64,000 nt of DNA from Eledone cirrhosa (Eukaryota): the NCBI GenBank assembly GCA_964016885.1, contig OZ024754.1, forward strand, positions 27,032,001 through 27,096,000, in the 5' to 3' direction. The notes under the pieces are model-generated. The model saw nothing but the letters and a program-made list of their open reading frames with translations. It ran no database searches and was not told the DNA's origin. Positions 26,822 to 39,805 of the stretch are shown one piece after another. The translations under genes were made by a program, and so were the position numbers. Each line of letters begins with the position of its first letter. Position 1 is the first letter of the stretch.

Positions 26822-26973
26822 CGAATCGACCTCCAATACTTGACTGGTACTTTTTTTTATCGACCTCGAATGGATGAAAGGCAAAGTTGACCTCCGTGGG
26901 ATTTGAACTCAGAGAACAGAGAGTCGGAACGAATACCGCAAAGCATTCTATCCGACTTTTTAACGACTCTGCC
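26822..26973 (-). mobile_element. SINE, S1-related subfamily (another copy at 35491-35636 -)
   Basis: Shares the B box and the ctttgcctttcatcc core with S1 but has a different head. Confidence 0.75.
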
Positions 26974-27009
26974 AGAAATATACAGAAATATATAGAAATA
27001 GCCACTTAC

Positions 27010-28381
27010 TATAGAAAGATGTGTTCAGGAGATAGTTCTTTAACAAAACTTGGCCATCAATCTTTTTCATCGCTTCACAAAGTCCCTCTGCTGTTGGGCA
27101 GAGATCTTGCTGCATTTTATGTAACGCCAGAGCCATCGCATAGACGGCATCATAAATAAACTGTAATTTTCCCTCTTGTACATAGAATCCAGGTCTAAGT
27201 TTTTCAGCGCCATCACATATTTTCCCTGGTATTTCATATAAAGATGGTGTTGATGACCGCTGCTTAACTTTCCATTTACAATTATGAACCTTTTCCCAAT
27301 ATTCAGTAAACCATGGGTTTCTTACATTCACAAAAGGGTCTAAATCCAGAAAATATTTATCGAATTGAGGTATTTTCGAAGCAGTAAGTTCTATAGTTAA
27401 TGCACCTTCTGCTACATCCTGATTGTTTATAACTGGGCGTGGTTGACGACCCCAAGCATCACTGGCTATCCAAACAAATTTCTCCGAAACATTCATATGT
27501 CTGGCTGAATCAAGTATGCTGGTTGCATCTTCGATACGAACAAATAAAATAACAACTCGCGCTTTTGACGACTTTACCAATCTACTGATTATTTCATGAA
27601 ATGTGTCAGTTTTAGAATTGGTAGGAATTTTGAGAGTAGCAGCTATACATATATTTCTTGCACGGGCCTCATAGTGGAAAGAATCGATCCCCGATTCACC
27701 ATATTCTCCTTGAGATGCAACTGTTGACACATATGTCCAGTTAAATTCTTGAATCAGTTCAGCCATTGCTATTGCTTGGTATGTGTCCGGGGGTACTGTA
27801 CGTACAAAATAATCAAATCGGGTTTTATCACTTAAAGCTGCACTAGTCGATGCATAACTTATTTGTGGTATGTGAAAAAGTCTTAGGAGGTTTGCTACTT
27901 GTAAGGAAACACTACTCGAAGAGCCCCCAATGACACCGGCTACAGCTGTTGGTATATACTTCGCCTTCGCTCGTGACCCATCTTCACACTCAAATTCAGA
28001 TGCGTCTAATGTACTGATAGATGCTCTAACGAATTCAAGTGATTGTTCGAGAGCATAGGTTGCACGAGCGCACGTGTCATATATCACCGCCCCTAACTTA
28101 ATTCCGGGCAGGATGGAGCTATTGTGGTTGATATGGTCTACTGTAAATAACATTGCTTCTATTCTTTGAATGGCCCGTTGTACGTCGATTTCACCGCATG
28201 GTTCTTCTCCTTCACCTTTTTGATGGACAGGAAATAGACCACCAAGAATAATATCCCCTGGAATAAGGGCTTTTCCTGTTGTGTTGTCCGTGGCGTCGGC
28301 GGAAAAAGCGACTGAAATCCAGACCAAAATGATAAGAATTAAACTGAAATAGAGACTGCGTAGTTTACGTCCTGAGTTCAT
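27010..28381 (-). CDS. mGluR: Metabotropic glutamate receptor (class C GPCR, group II-like), first coding exon: signal peptide plus most of the Venus flytrap domain
   Basis: ORF 26960..28381 has an N-terminal hydrophobic signal and the motifs GDIILGGLFPVH, QRIEAM, GVIGGSSSSVSLQVANLLRLFHIPQISYASTS, RTVPPD, WIASDAW, RNPWFTEYWE, EGKLQF. Start context is caaaATG. Donor ...TTC TAT A|GTAAGT at 27010/27009 (phase 1). Confidence 0.96.
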
Positions 28382-28614
28382 TTTGTAAGGGCTTCTTCTA
28401 TAGATTGAAGCCTAATAGTTTCTTTATAACAATAACACTGGATTTATAATGAAACGAGCACGTCATAGTAACAATGTTGGTAGTGCTGGCTTTAATTAGA
28501 ATTTAACAGAAGATTTTACTTGTATAATTGCAGTTATCTCTCAGACTAATTTATATTTCAATAAACACTTATCTAAGATTCTTATGCTGCATTTCGTTGG
28601 TGATATGGATTGAT
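28382..28614 (-). other. 5' UTR part of the first coding exon of mGluR (implies an upstream non-coding exon)
   Basis: Strong polypyrimidine acceptor tttcatttttattttttcag|ATC at 28615/28614, 233 nt upstream of the ATG. Two uORFs lie within it. Confidence 0.6.
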
Positions 28615-30293
28615 CTGAAAAAATAAAAATGAAATATACATTATATTATATCATACAATGCACATGTTATAAGCATACTATGGTTATGGTTATAGGCCCT
28701 TAAAGCCTGGTGGGCATTTAAACCTGACAGAGCCCATCCCTCTTTACTTCGGAACGAAGCCGATTTCTTCCAGGAAAATAGAGGGACAGGAGTGAGGGCG
28801 TGAGTATAGGGGAAGTAACTTCGCTAGTAATGAGAATAAAAGGCAAAGTTGACCTCGGTGGAATTTGAGCTCAGGAACAAATATTTCGCTGCATGTTGAC
28901 ATACTGTAACGTTAGATGTCTATATTTATGCACACAATCACGCAAACCCTGTTAATCCTCTACTGTATGTGAACAAATATGTATTTATCGTGTATTTCGA
29001 CTGTGAACCGAAATTAACTATCAACATAAACCCTAAGAATTTATTGTGACCCTGATAATGTAGATTACGAAAGGATAAACACGAATTGGTTACTGCTAGA
29101 ATGTTTCACTCATAGGTTTTTGTCGACAAGGGAAGACCTCGGCATAAACGAAAAACACGACCCAATCAAAGAATTTCTGGGTGATTGTTAGACCTATTAG
29201 ACATTGCTATCCTCTGAAAAGTGGGAGACATTGAATAGTGTAATCTATAATACTCCTAAACATACGGGATAGTTAGAGAGGCTAAAATGTTTTGATCATG
29301 GTATTGCTCCATCAGGGTTCGCTCCCGGCATAGGATATTATTTTTCTGCGTATACACTTAGACGTTTCTAGGGAAGAAAGCCATCATTTGATGCTTTAGT
29401 CGGAAGACCTGTCCTGCATGATGCATATGTGATCGTTTATTTACTTCTTCGGAAGTCGGTTTCTATCATGGATATACATCTTTGTGTTGTAACCTCTATG
29501 GTCTTTATTCATGGGAGATGGAAACAGGACAAAGTAAAGATTGCTGGATAAGGGCGAGGTACACACTAACTTATGCCATTTAGAAACTGCCCTAGACATG
29601 AAGGTCACTTTAGGTTACTTCAAAACATGGCTAGTTAACGGGCATCTCGTAAAGCAATGGCAGGACTTGCAAGCGGATAGTGGATTTTATGTTGCTCAAA
29701 CTAATCAGAAAAAATGAAAAACTGGACTTAATGAATAAAAATATCAGTCGCTTTATTGACAACACTTCTTCCACATTACCAACCACCAGCATTTCAATCT
29801 TGTTGCCATCACTACCACGGTCGACCAATAAAAAATCTATCAGCATCACTATCACAAACATTGACAGCAATACAAACAAATAAATACGCCCTTTGATACA
29901 TCATATAATGCGATTAACATCGCTGTTGACGTTATGTGACAAACTGCACCCATTATATTAATATAACCTAGGATTCAATGAAACGGATCGATATTTCTGC
30001 ACTTTATGATTATTTGAATTGACTGATTGTATACACTAGACACTAGAAATGAACGGCTAGGTTGTAAACACAAAAGATATCTGTCTGTATTTAGTTCAAG
30101 TGATTGAAACGGCCAGAAAGTTAGACATCGATATCAACCATTGAAACCTAGAAAGATAGGCAAGCAGCAATCGGTTGCGTAACCCGACTTTGGTAAATGG
30201 AAGTTCGTTGAAAGAACCCCCCCCCCCCAAAAAAAAAAAAATCAAGAAAAAAAAGCAGTTTGACGAATAAAGATCGGTTACAATTGATAGACG

Positions 30294-30450
30294 TGGAGAT
30301 ATGAGGTTTAGTGGCTAGGGTGTTCGAATCTGGATGATAAGACCACCAGTTCGATTTCCGGCAGGGCATTGTGTCATCGAGTAAGGCACTTTATTTCAAT
30401 TTGTTTCAGTCCACTCAGCTGGCAAAAAATGATGTGTAACTGTAGTTGAA
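30294..30450 (+). mobile_element. Second tRNA-derived SINE family (degenerate; relatives at 34340-34560 - and 34610-34722 +)
   Basis: A-box-like and B-box-like head, then gtgtc..gagtaaggcactttatttca...cagtccactcagctggc. Confidence 0.55.
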
Positions 30451-30802
30451 AGGAACAGCTATGTCATATTATCCCGCTGAATTGTCCCGGGAATTATATC
30501 AATGTTGCAACTGTACAGCGTGGTATGCTCAACATTTTCCACGTCAAGTTCATGAGCAACCATAATCGAATCATTTGGGCATTTATTGTTTAAACCGGAA
30601 GAGGTCCATTCCAACATCCAATACACAGCATCATCAATATTTGAAATGAAGATCACTCTTTTATTTTTTTTATTTATTAACTGGTTTCAGTCGTTTGACT
30701 GTGGTCATGCTGGAGACCTTATGCGAAGGGATGTAACGGACCTTATCGACTTCAGTATTTATTTTTTAAGTTACCGGACATATACATTGTAAACACAGAC
30801 AC

Positions 30803-30910
<108 letters not shown>

Positions 30911-31162
30911 GAATATATATATATATATATTCATATGTTTATATATATATGTGTGTGTGTTTATATATATATGTATATGAGTGTGTAAACGTATCTGTGT
31001 TTACGTTTAATGTATATGTCCGGTAACTTAAAAAATATAAACTGAAGTCGATAAGTTTACTGAATCATTTCCTATCAGCACAACTTTGAAATGGGTATGT
31101 TTTGATAATTAGGGTTTTTATGGGAATACCTGGTCTTTAGACTATCTTAATATATAATTTGA

Positions 31163-31603
31163 GCAGATATTCCCATAAAAAGCCTAATTTGCCAAACATA
31201 TCCATTTCAAAGAACCCCCTGTGCTGATAGGAAATGCATAGTCTGCAAGTCAAGCCAGCAAATTAACTGCAAAGCGAGGAACGTAGTATATATCATAAGA
31301 TGTACTGAGGGACAGTGTAGAAATAAGAACATAACATACATAGGTGAAACAGCCCGTAGTATAGGAGAAGGGATAAGTGAACACTGGCGAGAACTCCAGG
31401 ATGGGAAAAACTCATCAGTACTCCACCAACATGCCAAAATAGAACATAGGGGCATATTAGAGAACATAGTGATAAAAATTATATCCACATACAAAAAAGA
31501 TGCAATGCTCAGACAAATCACAGAGGTAACAAATATAAACGAACTCCAACCAAAATTTAACAGAAAACATGAGTGGAATAGCAACATCACAACTAGTAAT
31601 TAA
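31163..31603 (+). pseudogene. Penelope-like element C-terminus: Cys-rich linker plus GIY-YIG endonuclease (5'-truncated, open frame without Met start)
   Basis: Manual translation gives ...YPFQRTPCADRKCIVCKSSQQINCKARNVVYIIRCTEGQCRNKNITYIGETARSIGEGISEH...VLHQHAKIEH...RQITEVTNINELQPKFNRKHEW. An inverted copy of its 5' end lies at 31066-31135, and a degenerate hammerhead lies downstream at 31823-31869. Confidence 0.88.
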
Positions 31604-32006
31604 GGACAAAATGAAGACATACAGACACACACAAAAACCAAACTAACAAAACAAATCAAACACACACAGATAGAGCAAGCAAACAGCTAGTGACAAGTAA
31701 ATAAACATATAAATAAAAACACATACACATCCGGATGTAACGCATGCGCAAACTAAACACACAGTACACAAAAACAAGTTGGTGTAGGACAGGGGAAAGG
31801 AGAGACACACAAAATAAAAATCTAGTAACTGAGGCGGTTACAGAATGTGTGACGAAAGAGCTTTGACTATATATAAACAACCTTCCGGTTATCGAACCAA
31901 CCAACCAACCAGCCAACCAGCCAACCAACCGGAAATGTATAATAAATTGAAGTGACAACCAGCAAGTACGTGTGGTTTTATCGGCAGCATGACCCTCCCA
32001 AAGTAT

Positions 32007-32057
<51 letters not shown>

Positions 32058-32060
<3 letters not shown>

Positions 32061-32192
32061 CGGAGGAAATGTGGTAAGGAACCAGGTGGACCATAACGCA
32101 CCAAAGTACTCAATACTTAGGGTAGTAGAGTGGGTAATAGGAACGAGTAGGACCCCGACGGCTGAGCTCAAGCCGTTTCGACGGCTAATTCT
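32058..32192 (-). mobile_element. F1 fragment between (TA)n tracts
   Basis: Nearly identical to 991-1125. Confidence 0.85.
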
Positions 32193-32196
32193 TAGT

Positions 32197-32292
<96 letters not shown>

Positions 32293-32495
32293 AGTGAGAG
32301 AGAGAGAGTAATTAAGTATCGAGAGAGAGAGAAGAAGAAGAAGAAATAGGCGATACATGTAGTTATTTGGCAATAGCATATGCAAAGAGTGCTCAATGCG
32401 CGTGCCTGCAGTGTTAAATATCAGAATGAACTGTGACGTGAACTTATTTCTAAAAACGCATTCCGGGTCATGTAAGGAACGCTTTTTAGTTTTTA

Positions 32496-32535
32496 TGCCC
32501 TTGAGAAGGCCTTCCGGGCGAAACGTACGTAGGTG
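32496..32535 (+). ncRNA. Hammerhead-like motif with variant core
   Basis: tgcc CTTGAGA aggcc-ttccg-ggc GAAA cgtacg TA ggtg. Palindromic stem III; the CUUGAGA core is non-canonical. Confidence 0.45.
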
Positions 32536-32898
32536 CTATTTTAAATAAACATGTTTTAACGGTTTGTTCTCCTTTTTATATATATTTCTCCACGTATATA
32601 TATATATATATATATATATTTATTAAAATAACAGATTAAAGTTTAAGTAAAGAATCGCTGCTTTCACCCTTAACGGGATCTTCTGAAACTAACAAAGTCA
32701 ATCTGTAAACGCAGAAGTGGATATTTCAAAAAACGTTGCAACCGGAGGAAGACAGGAGACGATACTTTGGTTCGTGGAAACGTTCCCTGGCAAAGAACGG
32801 GAAAAAACGAATATAATACGTCATTAATAGGAGCGGTGAAAAACAATTACACGCAAAGACAGAACCACGTTTATGGTATAAAAGAAGTCGTAGACTAA

Positions 32899-33330
<432 letters not shown>

Positions 33331-33339
33331 ATGAGAAGA

Positions 33340-33660
33340 ATGAATACTGCGTGGTTGCACATGGGTTACATATGATAAAAATAGTCCTTCATCAGTGATT
33401 TTCCAACCTTCATTGGTACTTTATCGCTTTAAAAATCATATACCTCCAGTTGGTGCGAGCAATAGCTAAATAAAGCTATTGGGACAAGTAAATCGCGTAA
33501 AGCGAGCGAGACAGGTAAACAAACATAGAAGGATAGCAACGCAAAGATAGGAAAAAACAAGCACATGGGAGTCCAATCAGCTTAAGCTGTGTGGATTTCA
33601 TGAGCGAGAGACAACAGACCGTGCGATGCGAGTGAGGTGTGAGCAAGAAAGGACCCCACT
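33340..33660. repeat. Dispersed repeat family between (TA)n tracts (copies at 59245-59560 same orientation, 53005-53100 inverted)
   Basis: Shared gttgca..catatga..agtccttcatcagtga..ccaacc..atcgcttt..catatacctc..gttggtgcga. Confidence 0.65.
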
Positions 33661-34979
33661 TATATATATATATACGTACATGGACTTACGGCGGCCTTCT
33701 ACACAATTTCCGTGAAATAAATTTCCCTCACAAGGATTTGGTCAATCCGAGGGTATAAAAGTAAGTTTTACTTACACAACGGAACGAACGCCTTAACCAC
33801 ATATCTATCACTGATCCAAATATGAAAAGTAGAGCCATCTAAAAGAAGACTGAAATGTATTGGGGAATTTGAGTGGGTTTCGGAGGTTAAAACGGGGTGA
33901 GTTGTTAGATTGGTACACAGTTGGTTGTTGATGTTGGTGAATTAGTGATAGTAGTGGTGGTGGTGTTGATGATGGTGATGTTGATGATGGTGATGTTAAT
34001 AATGGTGGTGATAATGATGACGGTAGTGTTGAAGGTGATGATATTGATGGCGGTGATGATTATGTTGGTGGTGATTAATGGATTGAAGGATTATAAACTA
34101 AAGCAGTTCCATTAAAGCAAAAAAAAAAAAAAAAAAAAAAAATCACCGAAAATCTGCAGAATATTCTAGTCGGTCGAAAAGAAAGAAGAGGAAATTTTTT
34201 GAAACGAAAACGCTGCTAATCTATCATTGAGATGTCAAATCAATATAAATTATTGATCTATTGAAGTGTTGAGTCAATGCAATGCACTTGCCGTAATTAT
34301 TAATTGTCACGAGTAGAGGACATCCGTAATTTCCAACAAGAAGTGTTCCAGTTGATTCAATTAAGAGCATGTAAGTGGCTGAGCATTCCACAAACACGTG
34401 TACCCTTAATGTAGATCTCAGGGAGATTCAGCGTGACACTGTGTAGGCTTGGTCTTTGAATTGTAGGTGTCACTAATTTTTGTCCAGCTGAGTTCACAGG
34501 AGTAAACGCGGAAGGACACAATTCACCGCCCAATTCGTGTATCGAAGTCACGAGTCAAACATCCAAACAGATAAGCTGTGCACCTTCACAACTAATTGCA
34601 GAGAGCTGAAGGTGCATAGCCTAGTAACTAAGGTGTTGGATACACGAACACATAGATAGAGGTTTGATTACTGGAACAGTTGGCGCATTGTTTTGCTGAG
34701 CACGACGTTTTATTTCACATTGCCTTTCAGGATATGACTGTGGACTTTCACATTAAAATACCTGAGAAACCTCATATGAGATGGAGCCTCGTAGTAGACG
34801 AGCGAAACCTGGAAACATAAGAGATAGAGTCGACGGTGGTGGATTGGCAAAAGTTTAAAGTGCCATGTCAAAGCCACGCCACGCTGTCTAACATGACAGC
34901 GCTCATGAAATCAGGAGTTAAGGGCTCATGCATATATCTCATTCCATCAACATAGGGGTGCCTTCAGTTTATGCATGTG

Positions 34980-35077
<98 letters not shown>

Positions 35078-35669
35078 ATGTGTGAGTGCGCGCGAACTTA
35101 CGTCACTGTTTGGGTTATATGAGTATATACATGTTTGAGTGGTACATTAGATGTGAAATCTGAAACAACCGATGGATATTTCATGTTAATACAATACGGA
35201 AATATTTTTAAAAGCCATTTAAATGTAATTGTTTTTTACATTTAAAATGTTGACATTTCTGAGTATGGAATCACATAGTTCATTCCTTTTATATATATAC
35301 ACAGAATTATGGCTCTGTAACTCCTGATAGACATAGGGGCGCCGTATTGACATACGGCGCTTCGTCGGCATTTTAAGCCTGGTGGAGCACATTACTCTCC
35401 AGGCCTGAGTACAGCAGATTTCTTCCAGAGAAACTGAGAGAGAGCAAATGAGAAAATGAGAGAGAGGAAATGAGAAAGAGATATAGAGGAAGAATCGTCC
35501 CAGTACTAGACTGGTACTTTTTTATCGACCTCGAAATGATGAAAGGCAAAGTTGACATCGGTGTGATTTTGACTCAGAGAGCAGAGAGCTGGAATGAATA
35601 CCATAAAGTATTCTATTCGACGTTCCAATTCGCCGCCTATATAGAGAATTACATACACAAATGCACACC

Positions 35670-35702
<33 letters not shown>

Positions 35703-35767
35703 CCCACACACCCACACCCACACACCCACACCCACACACACACCCATACACACATACATACATACAT

Positions 35768-36169
35768 GGTGGCTGCCAACTCGTTTTCGAGTACGGCCAC
35801 TACTTTATATCCATGTAGGAGAACCCCTACCGATGCGCTGAACGAGTGTGACTTTTTAGTCCAGCCAGCGACTTGAAAACTCTGGTACAAACACTACACT
35901 TGTGACAATTACTGACACATAGTGCTGGGCCCATGGTACCATGTGACGACAAGTGCAGAGAGATCTCCAGATATAAAGCAATGCCTGTGCCGTGAAGCTT
36001 TTATAGTGAGCAAAGGCACTGCACAAAGCCAGTCCCACTCTCTTAACCAAGATGATATTTACCAAAAAGAAGAACAAGTCAACATCATTGGATACCATCA
36101 GGGTTGCAGGTGTTATATCAGAGTTTTCCTTCTCCTAGAATTCTGCCTTGACAAAGGCTAAGGGGTCAT
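35768..36169 (-). mobile_element. 5'-truncated copy of the non-autonomous RTE-type element, in (CATA)n
   Basis: Near-identical to 14287-14688. The same shadow ORFs appear in the track. Confidence 0.9.
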
Positions 36170-36212
36170 ACATACATACATACATACATACATACATACA
36201 TACATACATACA

Positions 36213-36440
36213 TACAAATGCAAAAGATATTGCTGACAATTAGTCTTTTACCTTAAATTTATTTGAATATCCTTAAGTTTCGAGATAATATCTCTTCTTC
36301 GGAGGGAAGTAAAGGGGTTAATCCAGTGTTATAATTAGCTTGCCAAGTCATGCGAAACGTAAGGATATTTAAATACTTAAGGATATTCAAATAAATTTAA
36401 GGTAAAAGACTAATTGTCAGCGATATCTTTTGCATTTGTA
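36213..36440. mobile_element. Fold-back element (arms 36213-36277 and 36376-36440) with a degenerate hammerhead at 36270-36306 (-)
   Basis: cct CCGAAGA agagat-att-atctc GAAA ct TA agg (U4>C). Confidence 0.7.
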
Positions 36441-36536
36441 TTTATATTCTATATCCATACCTACATTGTTCTGGCCTTCTAACTCCAAACGTTTATACCT
36501 CACTACGCAATGCTTCAAGTAAACTACCATTTCCTT

Positions 36537-36597
<61 letters not shown>

Positions 36598-36682
36598 ACA
36601 CACACACACACACACATACACACACACATATATATATATAGTAATAATAATAAACTTTATTCTATTTTAATATATATATGTA

Positions 36683-36753
<71 letters not shown>

Positions 36754-37409
36754 CAATAAAACAATAACAACAACAAATCAAAGATCAAACATCCATCAGC
36801 CACCGTTAAATTCGACTGAATGAAAAGTACATCTGATTGAAAATAAATAAAATGAGATTATTTCTTAACTCTATTATCGTGTCGATAAGCTTGTAAGGTT
36901 TAATATGTAATTGTGGCACGGGAGGAGAAAACAAATATATATATATAGAGAGAGAGAGCGAGAGAGAGGGGCGGGAAAGAGAAAGGGTTGGAAAGAGAGA
37001 GGAGAGATAGAGAGGAGAGATAGAGAGGGGAAAGAGAGAGAGAGAGGAAGGGGAGCGATAGAGAGAGGAGATAGTGACGAGAGAGAGAGGGGAGAATGTG
37101 TGTGAGCTAGAGAGTAAGAGAAATAAATAAAATGTTAATAATCGGTTTGTTAGGGAGGTAAATTAATGAGCAACACAACTATATTCCTCCCAAAGCTGCC
37201 TAAAAATGGATTGATTATTTCCTTTGTCTTATAGATCGTTTGAAGAGTTATTCACGTGCGTGGATTACACTATTCCATTTTCTCTCTCCCTTGTGTTTCT
37301 CTAAATCCATTATACTTGCTAAATGTCGATGCAGAATAAACAACACACCGACGATTCCAAGCCAAACCAGAGCTTGTGCTATACATTTAATATTCTAAGT
37401 CTGTCTTAA

Positions 37410-37660
37410 GCCATAAGGCTCATTTGGCCGGAGCTTATCTCGATTTCATGGCCTTAAGCGACTGAGAGTACAAGACTTTTCCCTGGAGAGGATGCCAGTC
37501 CATCGCAGGGTTAAACCCCTAGCTATTGCTGGTACTTATTTTCAGCTGAGTATACTGGAGCAACGGGAAATAAAGTGTTTTGCTCTAGAACAAACTCACA
37601 ACTCAGCCCAGGAATCGAACCCACGACATTACGATCGTAAGTCCAACATCCTTACCACAA
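37410..37660 (-). mobile_element. tRNA-derived SINE with a V-domain-like segment
   Basis: B box GGTTCGATTCC on the minus strand. cctgcgatggactggcatcc..ccaggg resembles the V-SINE core. Confidence 0.6.
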
Positions 37661-37707
37661 GGCTCGGTTTTGTCTAGGGAGATAGAGGCGATCCACATAT
37701 TTTATTA

Positions 37708-37917
37708 TTGGCAATATCAGTAGAGCGTCAGACACCCAGCTTCACCACATAGAGTTACAGCCTTTTATATTCTGAGTTCAAATCCCACCGCGGTTAACTT
37801 TGCCTTTCATCCTTACGGGGTCGATAGAATAAAGCACCAGTAATGCACTGAGGTCTATTTTATCGACTTTCCACCTCCCCTTCAAATTGCTGGCCTTGTG
37901 CCCAAAGTAGAAACAAT
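37708..37917 (+). mobile_element. SINE S1 (longer variant)
   Basis: Head, B box, core and 3' end are present. Confidence 0.85.
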
Positions 37918-38474
37918 TATTATTATGTTTGTGATATAATCTTTTCAGGCAATATATGAAAGCTATTTGACCAAATGGTTTAGTATCAAACGCTTTTCAT
38001 GCACCTTCTAATTAGGAAGTGTTGTTGAACTAGGACAACTTAAACAATACTTGTCATTGTAAGTTCGAAACATCGATTATAACAAAAATAAAAAATAAAA
38101 ATAGTAATAATAACCGTCAACTCTATTTGTCATTTCTTTAGCAAAATGTCCTTTCTAAATACGTCAAATAATTCAACTTAAAGCTGTGACAAATAATAGA
38201 AAAATGTTGTTGTATCAAATAAATTTGGTGGTGTTGCTGGAGAGATGGGGAGTGACGTGATTTATGAAGAGGTTAAATAAATCTTAAATTTAATTAGAGC
38301 AATTGTGTAGATGGAAATAAAAAAGAAATACTTTTCTTCATGATGATGATGATGATGATGATGATGCACACGTATATTCAGTATGAGAATATTTTGTAAA
38401 ATCGCCACAGGGAACATTAACAAGAAAAGCAACTGTTGTATACTACAGACGACGATTGAAATATATTTACAAAC

Positions 38475-38519
<45 letters not shown>

Positions 38520-39734
38520 GGAGAGAGAGAGAAACAGAGGGGGGGGGGGCGAGAGGTAGAGAGCGGTATGATAGAGGGAGAAAAGAGAGATAAAACGCCG
38601 AAGTTCTTTAAATGTAAATGTCTAATTAATTGAAGTTAAATAGAAGTTAATTGAATAGAAAAAAACTTATTGGAAGCTTCACAAGACACGTCACAATGAT
38701 TAGGACACGCATGTTTGTACTTATTGCACACAAATACACAAACACATAAATAGAGACTCACTCACACACATATGTGGGTGGGTGTTTATATACCTATATG
38801 TTTCTATATAATAATTGAGCTGTTTCCAACGGGAATAAAACATCACCAATAATAAGTATAATGAGTGTTCTGCCTTTTTATTTACAATAGTAATAATAAT
38901 AGTGAAAACAATAATAACAACAATAATTAAAAAAGAAAAATGAAACAAAAGTAAAAAACAACCGAGCTCCTTCGCAAAATCGGAACGTCGGTGGCCCGTC
39001 TGAGGAGGGGAGCCTCGCGAGGTTGGGCGGTTGTTGCAGCGGGTTTCACTGGCCGTGGGAAGGTTTTTGCGGTCTTGTCCGCGGCGTGCAGCTTTTCTGC
39101 CCTCATGCCCTAGACCCAAAGCCTAATCACCCTCCCCTTTCACCCTCCCACTCTAGTTCTTGCCATCCTCTCCCCCTTTCTTTTTTCTTTCGTTTTCTCT
39201 TTTTTCTCTATATTTTCCTATTCTTTTTTTCCGTGTTTCCTTTTCTTTTTTTTTATTGTTGTTATAATAGTATAATTAATCATTTTCTATTTACTTCAAG
39301 ACTAATTTATTATTTTTCATTTTTTGTTCAGTTTTTCGCTGTTCCGTCTGTAAGTGTTACATCAACGATACACTAATTAACAATTAATTTACACGCCATA
39401 CAACGGCATTTCTCTCGTGTATATGAGGCCGCCACGGAAATTGGATGTTAGAAGAGTTCAAAGATCAACAACTTTCATCAGTCACACACACACATACACA
39501 CATACATATATATATGTATATAATATTGAATATGAATCGAAGTTGTAGCCGCAATATAGTAGGTAATAATCGTATTGTTTGAAGAGGTAACAAAGCATTT
39601 AATGGAGCGTCCAGAGTGAACACAAAGTTAAGGAAGTGTGACACCAAGACAAGCGACCAAAGACAGTAGCTATACTTATACCAGAACAACGATAAATACA
39701 AATAGGTTGAAAACTATCCTGGACCACACACACG

Positions 39735-39805
<71 letters not shown>

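Noticed and set aside
26960-27009. C-terminal tail of ORF 26960..28381 as normal coding sequence
   Set aside because: It lies beyond a consensus GTAAGT donor whose phase matches the next exon, and it runs into a SINE.
31207-31590. 127-aa hydrophobic minus-strand ORF
   Set aside because: It is the antisense shadow of the plus-strand GIY-YIG frame.
33345-33440. Conserved caCTGATGAaggac in three repeat copies (also about 53038 and 59285) as a hammerhead or SECIS
   Set aside because: The downstream box is GCAA rather than GAAA in all copies and stem I does not close. The ATGA...TGAT pair lacks a convincing SECIS helix II. Left unclassified.
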